Virus record (IMG/VR): IMGVR_UViG_3300046171_000223
Coordinates: 1 to 56,850 of that record
DNA from: a virus
Taxonomy: Duplodnaviria; Caudoviricetes
Length of the DNA: 56,850 nucleotides
Strand: one strand, 5' to 3'
In this document: positions 15,293 to 27,134 of the stretch, one piece after another
How positions within the stretch are numbered: the first letter of the stretch is position 1
How the letters are laid out: each line of letters opens with the position of its first letter
The notes under the pieces: model-generated
Database searches by the model: none
What the model was told of the DNA's origin: nothing
Seen by the model: the letters and a program-made list of their open reading frames with translations, nothing else
Made by a program: the position numbers and the translations under genes

Positions 15293-17230
15293 ATGATTCA
15301 TTTGGATTTTGAGACCAAGTCTTTAGAAGATCTAAAGAAAACAGGAAGCTATCGCTATTCGGAAGGGGATACCGATGTTTGGTGCATGGCGTACAAAGAT
15401 GACGAGTCAGAAGAAGAAGGGGTTTGGCAACCCGGAGATCCGATTCCAGAGTTCTTCTCTGATCCGTTCCAAACATACTGTGCATGGAACGCTCGTTTCG
15501 AACGTGACATATACGATAACATCCTCATTCCTACATATGGGTTTCCTGAACTTGTCGTGGAGCAGTGGCGAGATCCGTCTGCCGTTTCTAGGTATCAAGG
15601 ACTCCCGGGTTCCCTTGCTAATGCCGGGAAACATCTTGGTTTATCGACAGATGAACAGAAGGATGCTGAAGGCCGCAAGATCATGCTTCAAATGTCTAAA
15701 CCTCGTAAGAATGAAGACGGTCAAGTTATCTGGTGGGACGCACAAGAAAAGCTAGACCGTTTAATTGCGTATTGTGAACGTGATGTACAATCTCAGATCG
15801 CTATACATCGTCTGCTAGGCGGACTTCCTTTCAATGAACTGGAAGTATTCTGGTTAGATCAAAAAATCAATGACAGGGGTGTACGGATTGATATAGAGGC
15901 TGTTTACGGTCTGATCGAAATTCTTGCGATCCTTGATGAGAAGAGCGACATCGAATGTCGTAGTCTGACAGGGGGAGCAGTTGATTCTGTCAGCAAACTG
16001 CAACAGGTTAAGAACTGGATGCTGCAACGTACAGGAGTTGCGGTTGACGATTTCTCACAGGGTAACCTCACTCTGTTAATTGAAGAGTTTAAGGATGACC
16101 AGACACTGCAAGCCTTGCTAAAACTCAGAAAGGATTCAGCAAAAACATCGACTGCTAAGATTCGGGCAATGGCTGAGTCTGTTGCCAAGGACGGAAGAAT
16201 CCACGGTATGATGATGTACTACGGTGCTCATACAGGTCGTTGGACTTCTCGACTCGTGCAACTCCAAAATCTACCGCAAGGGATTGGGCTATCCGAAGCA
16301 GAGTCTGATGACTATTTATCGAAAGTAAAGAGTCTATCTAGCAAAGCTTGGATTGACGAGGTCTCACAGAAAGCACCTCCGATGGAAGTCATCTCCTCAT
16401 TGATTAGACCCTTAATCATTCCAGCAGAAGGTCACACTTTTTATGTCTACGACTACAAAGCGATTGAGCCGAGGGTACTAAGCTGGATTGCCAAGGAAGA
16501 CAAACTCTTATCTGCCTACGCAGAAGGTCGAGATGTCTATTGTGAAATAGCATCGGTTCTTTACAACATTCCAATTCAGGAGGTCACCAAACAGCAAAGA
16601 CAGTTCGGTAAAATTATCATTATTGCTTGTGGGTATCAGATGGGTGTCAAACGATTCGCTCAGACTTGTGCGAGTTGGGGTATCCCTGTTTCCGACAAGG
16701 ATGCTGATCAAGCAGTTAACACCTATCGTGAGCATTACGAGAACATTCCAAGGTTTTGGTATGCTCTGCAAAACTGTGCCAACGATAGTTACAACAATCC
16801 GGGTAGTTTCAAGATCGCCTGTGGTCTGCGTAAGATGCTCAAGTTCTTTAGACGGTCTGCGGAAGGTGCGATCCAGATTAGGCTACCATCTAATAGGGTG
16901 CTACACTATCAGCAACCTACCAACAATCCTTCTCTCAGTTACTACACTGACCGCTTTGGCAAGTGGCAACTCAAGTCCCTGTATGGTGGCTTGCTGGCTG
17001 AGAATATTGTCCAAGCTATTTCCCGAGACCTAATGGCTGATGCAATGCTTCGACTAGAAGCAGCAGGGTATCCTGTAGTTTTCAGCGTACACGATGAGAT
17101 CGTATGCGAGGTTCCAGATGGTTTCGGTTCAACAACGGAGTTTGAAAATATCATGACCCAGACACCAGAGTGGGCCACTGGCTTACCTGTCGAGGTGGAG
17201 GGTTACACATCTAAAAGGTATCGCAAATGA
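15293..17230 (+). CDS. Family A DNA polymerase (APSE-like) with 3'-5' exonuclease
   Basis: LDFET, WNARFE, HTGRW, DYKAIEPR, RQFGK...GY, ENIVQA, VHDE. Confidence 0.95.
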   Translation: MIHLDFETKSLEDLKKTGSYRYSEGDTDVWCMAYKDDESEEEGVWQPGDPIPEFFSDPFQTYCAWNARFERDIYDNILIPTYGFPELVVEQWRDPSAVSRYQGLPGSLANAGKHLGLSTDEQKDAEGRKIMLQMSKPRKNEDGQVIWWDAQEKLDRLIAYCERDVQSQIAIHRLLGGLPFNELEVFWLDQKINDRGVRIDIEAVYGLIEILAILDEKSDIECRSLTGGAVDSVSKLQQVKNWMLQRTGVAVDDFSQGNLTLLIEEFKDDQTLQALLKLRKDSAKTSTAKIRAMAESVAKDGRIHGMMMYYGAHTGRWTSRLVQLQNLPQGIGLSEAESDDYLSKVKSLSSKAWIDEVSQKAPPMEVISSLIRPLIIPAEGHTFYVYDYKAIEPRVLSWIAKEDKLLSAYAEGRDVYCEIASVLYNIPIQEVTKQQRQFGKIIIIACGYQMGVKRFAQTCASWGIPVSDKDADQAVNTYREHYENIPRFWYALQNCANDSYNNPGSFKIACGLRKMLKFFRRSAEGAIQIRLPSNRVLHYQQPTNNPSLSYYTDRFGKWQLKSLYGGLLAENIVQAISRDLMADAMLRLEAAGYPVVFSVHDEIVCEVPDGFGSTTEFENIMTQTPEWATGLPVEVEGYTSKRYRK

Positions 17231-19641
17231 CTATGTTATCGTGGTTTGAAGCAGGGTTTGAAGACATCATCCCTAATGTTCCTCCTACTGCTCGGCTAGC
17301 TGACGGAGTGACTCTACCAAAAGGGAAATGTCCCGGCAGACCAAACCCAAACGGAGATTGGGTAGGATTTAGTAATTGGCAGAACCATAAGACTACCATT
17401 GCAGAATGTACACACTGGGACAGTTATGAGTGTTCTGTAGGTTTACGGTCTAAGTACTATCCTGCCATTGACATCGACATTCGTGATGAAGAGAAAGCGT
17501 TAGAGTTTGAGGAATTAGCTTTTAATATTTTTGGAAAAACGATGGTTCGTATTGGGAATGAACCAAAGCGACTGTTGATGTACAGGACAGATGAACCGTT
17601 TTCTAAAATGCAACTCTCTTTTGATATTGAGGATGATACTCATAAAATAGAGGTTCTAGGAGATGGTCAGCAGTATGTCATTGAAGGCATTCATCCGGTG
17701 ACGATGAAACCTTATTGGTTTGTAGAGGAGACCCTCCAGTACATAGACCTTCCGAAGATTACTGCCGAGCAAGTCAGAGTTTTCCTTGAACGAGTACAGG
17801 AACGCCTAAAGCTATACGGTTTGTATATCCGTGATGTATCTACAGGGACGGTTGGATTTTCAGGACGAACAACCATTAATCAGGATTCTTTGGTTGCCAC
17901 CAATCTTGTACATGTCGCAGAAGCTTTAGACTATCTACCTAATCACGAACCAAATGCTTATCGTTTTGATGATATGGTTAAGATCTGTGCTGCAGTCAAA
18001 GCTGCATGTTTGAGAGATCCCGATCAAGGATTTAACCTGTTTTCAAAATGGGCTGAACGCTACCCCGGCAGAGAAGGACAAGGGAGTAATCGTTCTATTT
18101 ATAAAGGGGTCTGGGATCGAATGGAACCTCCTTATGCTGTGGGTGCTCAGTACCTCTATGAGCTTGCATCTGAGTTCGGATTCAACGTAGCAGATACTTA
18201 TGCTGATGATCTGCTACCTGTAGTCCCTAATACAGCAGAGTTAGACGGTTCACGTTGGACACCGTACAGTCATGCGTGGATGGCAGAGGAGTTTATTAAA
18301 GACTACAAGAATGTGATCCGAGCAATCGGGGAGTTTGATCGTTTTATTATTCGCAATGGCCCGATCTGGAAATTGGATGATGTCGGTAATCCTTTTGTCG
18401 GTGATTTGCTCAGACGATATACAGAGTCCAAGTTCTCCGACATTCGCAACATTGTCGGTGAGGAAGAGGCTGCTCAACTGGAGAAGACTGTTGGTACTTA
18501 CGGATGGCAACACTCGGTAATGCGGTTTTTATTATATAAACATTTGGAGTTGCGAGTAACAGCCAACGATTTGGATAGCAATCCTGATATCCTCAATACG
18601 GACAAAGGAGTTTATTGTCTAAAAACTGGAGATCTAATTCCTAGTACTGCTGGGCTACCACAAGATATTTGTTTGAAAGTAGCTGGTGTTGTGCCTGACT
18701 TTGAAATGGAGACTCCGACTTGGGACAAGTTCCTTTATGACATCACTCTCGGTGATAAGCAGATTCTTGAATATTTAAATATTTACTTTGGATATGCAAC
18801 TACAGGTCATACCTTAGAGCATGTATTTTTTGTAATCACTGGAAAAGGTGGTAATGGGAAATCAACAATGCTCAAAGTATTGGCAGATGTTTTAGGCGAT
18901 TATGCGGTGACGGTTCCCGGCAATGTTTTCCTACAGACCCCCGGTAGAGAACATCCTACCGAGTTGATGACTTTTCAAGGCAGACGATTGGTGGTAGCTA
19001 GTGAGTTTTCTCAACGAGCAGTTTGGGATTTAGGTCGAATCAAAACTCTGACAGGTGGAGATAAAATCTCAGCAAGGCGGATGCATAAGGACTTTGTCGA
19101 GTTTGATCCCACTCATACCATTGTCATTGCGGCTAACCACAAGCCGAAGGTCGAGTATGTCGATGATGCGATTCGTAGAAGAACTCGTCTGATTCCTTTT
19201 GATCTGGAGTTAAAAGAATCGGAGAAAGATCCCGATCTACCAAACAAACTCCGTAAAGAATATCCCGGTATTCTTGCATGGTTAATTAGAGGATCTATTA
19301 AATGGTATGCCAAAAGATTACCTGTAACTCCAGCTAAAGTGAAGGTAGCTACAAATACTTATTTTGGAGATTCAGATATCGTCAAGATGTGGTTGGAAGA
19401 CTGTTGTGTTTTAGACTCTGAGTCTTATGTTCGGGCAGACCCTCTTTATCAGAGTTGGAGATATTATCTGAAGCAGCAAGGGGAATTGGCTGGAAGCAAA
19501 CAGGGTTTTCATGATTTACTTGCTCGATTCGGCATCACTCCGAGTAAGAAGTATATCGACAAGCGTCAGGTAAGGATTTACGAAGGGGTTCGTTTACAGG
19601 AGGAACAGATGCAGGAAGAAGCTGATTCCGTATTTACATAG
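17227..19641 (+). CDS. Prim-Pol primase fused to D5/P4-family SF3 helicase
   Basis: N-terminal AIDID and GIHP; GKGGNGKST Walker A; VASE; TGGDKISARRM; ANHKP; C-terminal winged-helix-like region. Confidence 0.9.
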   Translation: MTMLSWFEAGFEDIIPNVPPTARLADGVTLPKGKCPGRPNPNGDWVGFSNWQNHKTTIAECTHWDSYECSVGLRSKYYPAIDIDIRDEEKALEFEELAFNIFGKTMVRIGNEPKRLLMYRTDEPFSKMQLSFDIEDDTHKIEVLGDGQQYVIEGIHPVTMKPYWFVEETLQYIDLPKITAEQVRVFLERVQERLKLYGLYIRDVSTGTVGFSGRTTINQDSLVATNLVHVAEALDYLPNHEPNAYRFDDMVKICAAVKAACLRDPDQGFNLFSKWAERYPGREGQGSNRSIYKGVWDRMEPPYAVGAQYLYELASEFGFNVADTYADDLLPVVPNTAELDGSRWTPYSHAWMAEEFIKDYKNVIRAIGEFDRFIIRNGPIWKLDDVGNPFVGDLLRRYTESKFSDIRNIVGEEEAAQLEKTVGTYGWQHSVMRFLLYKHLELRVTANDLDSNPDILNTDKGVYCLKTGDLIPSTAGLPQDICLKVAGVVPDFEMETPTWDKFLYDITLGDKQILEYLNIYFGYATTGHTLEHVFFVITGKGGNGKSTMLKVLADVLGDYAVTVPGNVFLQTPGREHPTELMTFQGRRLVVASEFSQRAVWDLGRIKTLTGGDKISARRMHKDFVEFDPTHTIVIAANHKPKVEYVDDAIRRRTRLIPFDLELKESEKDPDLPNKLRKEYPGILAWLIRGSIKWYAKRLPVTPAKVKVATNTYFGDSDIVKMWLEDCCVLDSESYVRADPLYQSWRYYLKQQGELAGSKQGFHDLLARFGITPSKKYIDKRQVRIYEGVRLQEEQMQEEADSVFT

Positions 19642-19663
19642 TATGTAAATTTTAAAATATTTC

Positions 19664-19692
19664 TTGACATCTCACAAGCACTCAAGCACTAT
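19664..19692 (+). promoter_or_regulatory. Possible promoter of the early family
   Basis: TTGACA followed by TCTCACAAG as in other promoters; -10 region poor. Confidence 0.4.
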
Positions 19693-19756
19693 TACGATTT
19701 GGCGACGCATTAAGATACATTTAGTATACCTATCCCGAGTAATGGAAAGGAAGTAG

Positions 19757-19963
19757 ATGGATGAACGAGTACTAAAATATATCCAAACGCTAGAAGATCG
19801 TTTAAGTGAGTTGGAACAAACTGTGGAGTCTTTGAACGAAGAAATTCATGTGCTTCGTAATGAGTGCTTTGCAGATACCCCTATCTTAGGCGCAAGCATC
19901 GATATTGACGCTTTAAGTAAACACAAAGTGCAGCAGCCAAGTAAACTGCACTCTAAGATCTAG
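19757..19963 (+). CDS. Small coiled-coil protein
   Basis: 68 aa with heptad pattern; AAGGAAG RBS. Confidence 0.6.
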   Translation: MDERVLKYIQTLEDRLSELEQTVESLNEEIHVLRNECFADTPILGASIDIDALSKHKVQQPSKLHSKI

Positions 19964-19989
19964 TGTTTACCTGTTTCGTCTGGGAGATC

Positions 19990-20040
19990 GCATTTGACTT
20001 CGGATCAAAGGGTCGGGGGTTCGAATCCTCCCGGGCGCGC
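19990..20040 (+). other. 3' fragment of tRNA-Arg(TCG); putative attP core
   Basis: Anticodon arm TTTGA-CTTCGGA-TCAAA, T arm GGGGG-TTCGAAT-CCTCC, 3' acceptor strand CGGGCGC-G; no 5' acceptor strand or D arm upstream. Confidence 0.8.
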
Positions 20041-20078
20041 ATAGAAACTGGGTTCTAGATAGAGCAGTTGACCTTTTT

Positions 20079-20158
20079 GCAGCACAAAAGGCAGCACAAA
20101 ACAAAGCACAATTTATTTTGAGGGTTTATTTAAATTCTCGGGTTATCTTGTGCTTTGT
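20079..20158. repeat. Short direct and inverted repeats next to attP (candidate arm-type sites and/or terminator)
   Basis: GCAGCACAAAA at 20079 and 20091; ACAAAGCACAA 20101-20111 inverted at 20148-20158. Confidence 0.6.
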
Positions 20159-20164
20159 CAAGTG

Positions 20165-23100
20165 CTATTGAGCTACTGCTTCAACTGAAATTATGCGTAC
20201 AGGTTTTTCAAAATCTGGCAAATTTTTCAGTGCTCTGTTGACTTTCTTTAGACCCTCCATCAATCGCTTACGCTTCTCTAAAAATTCCAGCTTTTTCTGA
20301 CGCTTCCCTTCTGCAGTGGTCTGCTGCTTGATAGCTGTCCGTTCTCGGTATCGATCACTCCTGAGTTCTTCAATAATCCTGCTACGTCTAAACTTTAAGC
20401 TGTCTTCAATGTTTGCTGGTCTGTTTGCAGGGTTAAAGAGTAGTGGCGAGTTCAGTGGTAATGTCAGTACATCAAGCATACTCTGTGGGAACTCCGCTTG
20501 CGACAATCCTGTCAGGTCGGCTTTACCCAAGATTTGAGTTGGAGTTAGTTTTGGCTTTCCTTCTCTGTCGAGAGTAGCAGAGTCTAAACCAAGTCCGCTT
20601 AGAAGATTCGGATCACCAGATACAGTCTCTAACATTTGCTTACCCCAACCACTCGGTGCAATGAGTTGAGGTAGTACCCCATCTGCAAAATGTAAGAGTG
20701 CTTTCTTGGCTTTCTGACCACCAGTGTCGAACTCGCTATACAGTGGTTTGCCCGTATAAAGATTTTTATTGGCAGACTGCTCAATGATCTGTTGCAAGAT
20801 CGGATGATTCGTAAATCCTAGATCAACAAATGCTTCGAAAATGGGATATCGATCATCGAACATCGTATTGAAGAATTGATAGATGAATGCATGTGGTGCA
20901 GCATAACTATAGTCTTTAATCTGTATTCGATCATTCTCATCTTTTTCGGGCATTGGCACAGCAAAGAGTCCTTTCTTGCGATACCAATCGGGTAGCCCTT
21001 CATAGAATGCATCACGTTCGTCATCGTCCAGATCTGCCATCTTCATTGACATTGCTGCGTAGAGAATGCCGTAATAAGCAGCAGCCCGGAGTGATGCTTT
21101 TGGATCTCCCATCATTCTAGTTAGACGATCTACTGTTTTGTATGTCCAAGTTAGGAAGGGAGCACCAAGCAGAGACTTTCTGAGCTTACGAACTTTTGGT
21201 GAGACATCACTATAGTCGTAGAGCCACTTGTTTGCCTCACGCATTGCTTCTTGAGGAGTGAGCTTGTCTTCATTGATAAATGGAATCCCTGCTACGTTAG
21301 CACCTTTATCTTCTAGATACATTGCCAATGCAAGCTTGTCAATAACTTCAAGTGACTGATATATATTACCAAATCCGTTGAAAATCTTACCAAATATATT
21401 GGCTACTTGGGCATAACCGTCTGCTGATTTAAGGTTTGGAAACCAACTATCATCGTACATAATTCGACGATCTTTTGGTGTCAACTGCGTTTTAAAGTTA
21501 GACTGCAATCGACCTAGTTCATCGGCAGCAAAAGTAGACAGTGTAAGTCCCTGATCTTTATAATCTTGATAGCGACTTCCGTTGGTTGCCATCTCTTTGA
21601 TTGCTTTGGCCCGATACTGCAAATTCTGATGAATCGGCAAACCTCCAAAAGCCATCATCGCTGAGTTAGAGACGACGTTGTTGACCCATGCAACAGGGTA
21701 AGCTGCAGTTGCTCCCCATTTAAATAGAGTGTTTATTGTGGCAACCCCTCGTTCAAGCGATTTAAAAGAGGAGTCTTCATTTGTAAAGAACGGATCTCCT
21801 GCCACAACATCAGCAATCTCTTTTAAGACATGTGCCCCTCGTAAGTCTCCATAACGATTTGTATTTGGCAACTGACGATACTTGTCTACAGCATAGTTCG
21901 GTATGTCTGCTCTCGCTTTGTTGGCTAAGTTGCTGTACTCACTAATGATTTCTTGAACCAGTGTGCGTTGAGCAGAACCTAATGGCTTAGACGGTAAAAT
22001 CTGATCCTGTAGTCTTTTTGCTTCAGCCTCTAAAAACTCAGGAGATACATTACGATCAACAGCCTGTCGAGTTGCAGCAGGTAGCCCTTCCTGAATCAGT
22101 TGTGGCCCTAGATTGTTACGCTGAATAATGTCGTTGGTCAGCTTGGCAATGTTGAGTTTGACCTGAGATGAGGGCAGTACCCATTGCTTGTTCTGAGCGA
22201 CTTCTTTCAAGAAATCCATTCGGGCTACATCTTGTCCAGCTTGCATAATGGTTTGACCCACTAAATAACCTGGAGACTTGATTTGGCCTAGATACATTGT
22301 TCGAATCAGCGGATCGATATCTCTCATCATCTTGAGATATCCTTGTGGTGACACTTTTAGAGATCCTCCTGCACCACTGAACAGGTTGTTGTCATCCAGA
22401 TACTTCAGGTAGAGTCTCGGTAAGTATTGTCCGCTTCTCGCTTTAAAAGTTTGAGGGTCTAACAAACCTTGACGTACTAGATCTCGTCCGATTCCTTCGA
22501 TGATTTCTTTTGCTTCAACTGCAGCTTCTCGGAGTGTTGGGTTTTCTCGGTTAAATCGTTTACGAATCTGTTTTCCGATAAACCCTCTAACTTGTCGATC
22601 AGGAATGGTATTCGGATCAGCATCCCGATCTGTCATGTAATCATAGATCAGCTTTTGCTCTGCTTCATTGGCTTCCATCATTACAGAGGCTAACTTTTGT
22701 CCTGCTTCGACATATTCATTCTGGACACCTTTTGCTCGTTGCAGAATTTTCTCAAAGAACTCCCGATCTGGAACCAATGCTCTCGGATCAAAGGCTTTAT
22801 TGAGTCCATCCAGTGCTCTGCGTAGTCCTCGTTCTTGTTGTGTACCTGTTGTATTCGGAGGAGGTGTCTGCTGACGGTTAGAAGAGAATGATGCTTCAGG
22901 GTTCACCTGTCGGGCAACAATCCCTCTTCCTACGGGTGCAGGGTTGTCGTAGCGTACTGGGTTTTCCATCGGATATAGATACTTCTGACCGTTATCTTGA
23001 ATGTCAAAAGTAGATCCTTCAGGAACCAGATGCAGATCCTGCAAGGCTCTGAACTGCTGTTGATTGACTACTTGAGGTTCGCCTACAGTGACCTCACCAA

Positions 23101-26100
23101 TGGCTTGAGCCTGACCTTCTCCAGTACGGACAATTGCCATTCTCTGACCTACATAAGGTCTCAAAGAATCTGTATTTCTAGACTCTAAAAATTTCTCTCC
23201 ATCGACAATTAGGTCAGCATAAGATCGTTGCGCTTGTCGGTCTGTACGAACATTGATGCCCATTTTAGGACTATCAGCCCGATTAGAAGAGAAACTTCCC
23301 ATCGGAGATAAAGTTACAACATCGTCATCCTGATCAGCTTGCTGACTAGTTTCCTGACTAGTCTGGTCTGGTTGACTTGCTGGAGTCTGGCTGGTCTGTT
23401 GAGGTTGCTCACCCTGAATGTTCTTCAGTGCTTGCAGACGAACCTTTAATTTATTTAGATTGTCTAACTGGTTATCTGATGCTCCATCTTTTTGGTTGGC
23501 TTCCTGAATCTTTGCATCCAGAGCAGCAAGTTTCTTTCTAGTATTTTCAATAGCAGTGTCTAGTATTTGAGTGTCTTTGGCAGAATTCGTGTTGAACTTC
23601 TTTGCCAGATTGAACTCTGTTCGGGACACTGCTGCCTCATCTGGTGCAGAATACCCAAGCATATCGTCTTGTTGGGTTTGTTCAGGGACAACAACTTGAC
23701 CACTCATTTCTAGTTCTCGAAGTGCTAGAAATTCAGCTAATTTTGCTCTGACTTTATTAGCTTTAGTATTTGTGGGAAGTTGCAGTTGTTCTGAAGAAAG
23801 TCCCTCAACTAGAGGCTTGACATCTTCTAAGATTTTTTCTCTTGTTGCTAGAAACTCGTCTACATCTTTAATCCCTTTTACTTTCTCTTTAGCTTGGTTA
23901 AGTTGTTTTTCGGTTGGATTCGGTACTGGTTTACCATAAAACCTATGTTCTCCTGAATAGTTTTCGTAAAAAATGTTCTGAGATAAGGTTTCCTCATCAG
24001 GTTCCGGTGCATCTGTGGTTTCTGTAGAGGCTCTACCTGTCGGTCTGATGACGATCTCTGGTTTTCTACCTGCTGCTAAAGTGTTATAGACTTGCTGGTA
24101 CTTACGCTTGATTCCAACATCTGAGGTCTCACCCCGTAGGACAGCAGTCACCGTGTCGAGTATGCCTAACTGCTCCACACCCTGCTCTGTAAAGTTAATT
24201 GCTAGCCATTCGCTTGCTCTGCGTACAGGAGTGTCATCAGGGAGTCCGTTCGGGTATTCATTCTTGATGAAGTTGTCAATTTCCGTTTGTCGATTCTTAT
24301 AGACTTTATTTGCAAAATCATTGTAGCGAGATCCAAGCATCTGCATCAGACCAGCATGTCCAATTGATTCGTGATGGTAGATCTTCACTCCCTTTTCAAT
24401 TGCAGAACGTAAGTCTTTGCCTTTGAGGTTCTCACCAATTAAATAGACAACGTAACCATCACCTTTACGAAAAGTTGCGCCTTCAATACCTGTAACGTCA
24501 GCAGGGATGTTTTCCCGTTGCTTGAGTTCTTCTGTCGTGTCCAGCACGACAACTTCAGATGCTTCAGGAAAATACTGACTCATTACATCTTTTAGAACTT
24601 CTAATTCTCGTTGCTTGAGAATTTCCTGACCTCGTTTGGTGTCTGGATTAACTTTCACACCATTGAGAACTTCCGACTTCTTAGTAGTCTCGGGACTTAA
24701 ATCAAATGTTAAATCAGCAGGTTGATCCATTTCTGCTTCAATGTCTCTTGCATCCTGTAACTCTTGCAGTCCTGCTGCTGGATCTTGAGTGATATCTTCT
24801 TGAAAGGTTTCACTTTCTGCATCTGCAACTGCTTGATCATCTGCTAAGACTGCTTGAGTAGTCTCTTCAGATTCCATCTGATCGATCTGACGAATTATAT
24901 CTTCATCACGTTCAACTCGGTTTCTTATACCCTCTAAGTTGGTAGCAAGAGTTTGAGCTTGTTGTTGGGTCTCATCAAAGATTTGTTGATCTACTGCTTG
25001 GTCTTCTTCAGTTTGCAAATCAAAAGCTACTTCTCGACGTAATTGGTCATCAGCTTGTGAAACATTTTCAATTTGTTGTTGCAGATCTGCCTCTGCTTGG
25101 ATTTCTTGTTCAATCTCCTCATCCACTTGTTGAATCGGTGAGACCTCATCAGATTCTAGATCAAAGCCACGATCTGTAAATGGCATGATCTCGTCCAGTT
25201 CCTGTTCAATTTGTTCCAACTCTGCTCGTGTCAACGGTTGCTGTTCTGCAAGTTGTTGATCTAGTTCGGCAAATGCTTGTTCTTCTTCTGTTTGGACAGG
25301 TTGAATAGATCGTGTACCTTCTTGATTAAATGTTGGAAGGTCTAACTGTTGACCGACACTTGGTTCTGGTCGTGCAGCTTGTCGATAGAAATCGATCAAT
25401 CTTTGTTCTTCTTGAGCCTGTCTAGCAGTTTCTTCATCAACCTCAGTTTCCTGTAAGGGTTCAAAACCGGGACTTTGTCGTAGAGGAGGAATGCCGGGTA
25501 GGTCTACTTGGACGGTTACTGCTGAACATAGCAAAACGGGGAGTCTGTACTCGTCGGTTCTGTCTTGGCAGTAGCACGTTTTTGCTTGGTTCTCTAGATT
25601 TGTGAAATAATTGAAACTCATCACCTACTCCCTCTGCTAGCTGTCTTTCTGGTTCAGCTAAAACATCAGATTCTGGTTGAGTTGTAGACTCTAAGAATTG
25701 TTGACTGCGTTCTAAAGACTTACCTACATACTCCTGATACCATTTACTAATTTTCCGTTCTTTTGGTTGCAGTTCTCGTCCGTTATCTACTTTATTGTTG
25801 ATCCCTCGGATAGTGTCCTGAAACTCAGGTTGAGTGACGAGGTCTTCTGCTAGCGCATCATTGTTGCCGGAAGAGTCTGGATATTTTCAAAAATCTTGTT
25901 GGTCATTCTGCTGAATCTCTTCAGGATTTCCAACAGGTCGATTGATGGATGGAGATGCTACCTGCTCAACAAGACCAACGCTACCAGAGACAGGGAGTGA
26001 AGCAACAGCACCCATTGCAGCACCTTCTAGCACTGCTTCAGGGATTTGCCTTGATCCAATCCCAAACGGTTGGTGATTAGAGTCGGATCATTTTGCAGGG

Positions 26101-27134
26101 GGTTGTTTGTATTCCTTAAATAGTTTTGTAAATTCTGATTAACAACTGTTGCCAAACTATTGGTTGATCGTCAAAACCTTCTTCTGCAGCTTCTGCTAAA
26201 ACATCTGCAGTTAGACGGGCAAAGAAAGATCCTTGTGGTAAAGCAGTACCAGCTTGGATCAACTGCATTGTATTTAAAAACTTCTCATCAAAAATAGCAC
26301 TGTTGTTGGCACTTCTCAGTTTCTGACGCAAATTGTTTTTCTCAAACGTCAGGCATATTCTTAGTCAGTTCTTGCCAAACCGGATGAGCATCGATAGACC
26401 TGTTTGCTTCTGAGGCTAGCAAAAGCTGGAGCACTACTGAGCGCAGCACCAGTACCTGCTACTCTTGCTGTGACATCTGCCGCTTTTCTACTGACAACCT
26501 CTACCAATTCCTCCTCCAACTACACCTGTCCCGATTCCAATTGCTGTCGGAGCAATGGATTCAGGAATTGAACGTGCTGCTTGACCAAGAAAAGTCCTTT
26601 GCATTGGGATCTGACCATAGTCCTCTGCATTTTCGGTGATCATTTCCTGTCCGGTCTGATACATTCGTGGCTTTACTTCTTCACGATAGAGATCCATCAA
26701 ACCCTGTCGGCTCTAGAACGTAATCTCTAAACCCTCGTGCTGCCATACCGGGGAGTTCAAAACACATCTGGAATTCTAAGAGGCTGATCTACTTCCTCAA
26801 TTGTTTTGACTCTCAAAGAGTTTCTGATCTTCCGGTGGACAGATCAGGTCTGCCAAACTCTGTCAGTGTATTAGCAAAACTTTGTTTGGCGAGTGGAACT
26901 AGATTAGACCCTACATCACTGAGTTCTTGACCTGTTTGTTTGAGATAGCCACTAACGGTTCCAGTGTCCTCTCCGAGCAGTTGTTGTTTAACAAAAGAAT
27001 CGCTCAGTGTCTGTCGGATTCAACTCACTCAATATATTGTCAATTTCTCTAGAAGCTTGAGCGTAGTCTCCACCAGCATAGTATTGTTGTGAGATGTTCG
27101 CTAATTTCTGAGCAATCGATTGCGGAGTTGCCAT
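20165..27134 (-). CDS. Giant internal virion/ejection (polyvalent-type) protein, ~2300 aa; 5' part frameshifted
   Basis: 1819-aa open frame 20165..25624 plus upstream fragments back to ATG 27134 (MATPQSIAQKL, TAATG coupling); HESIGH motif, ASCH-like domain, helical C-terminal region. Confidence 0.75.

Noticed and set aside
19960-20043. Functional tRNA-Arg gene
   Set aside because: No 5' acceptor strand or D arm; interpreted as attP instead
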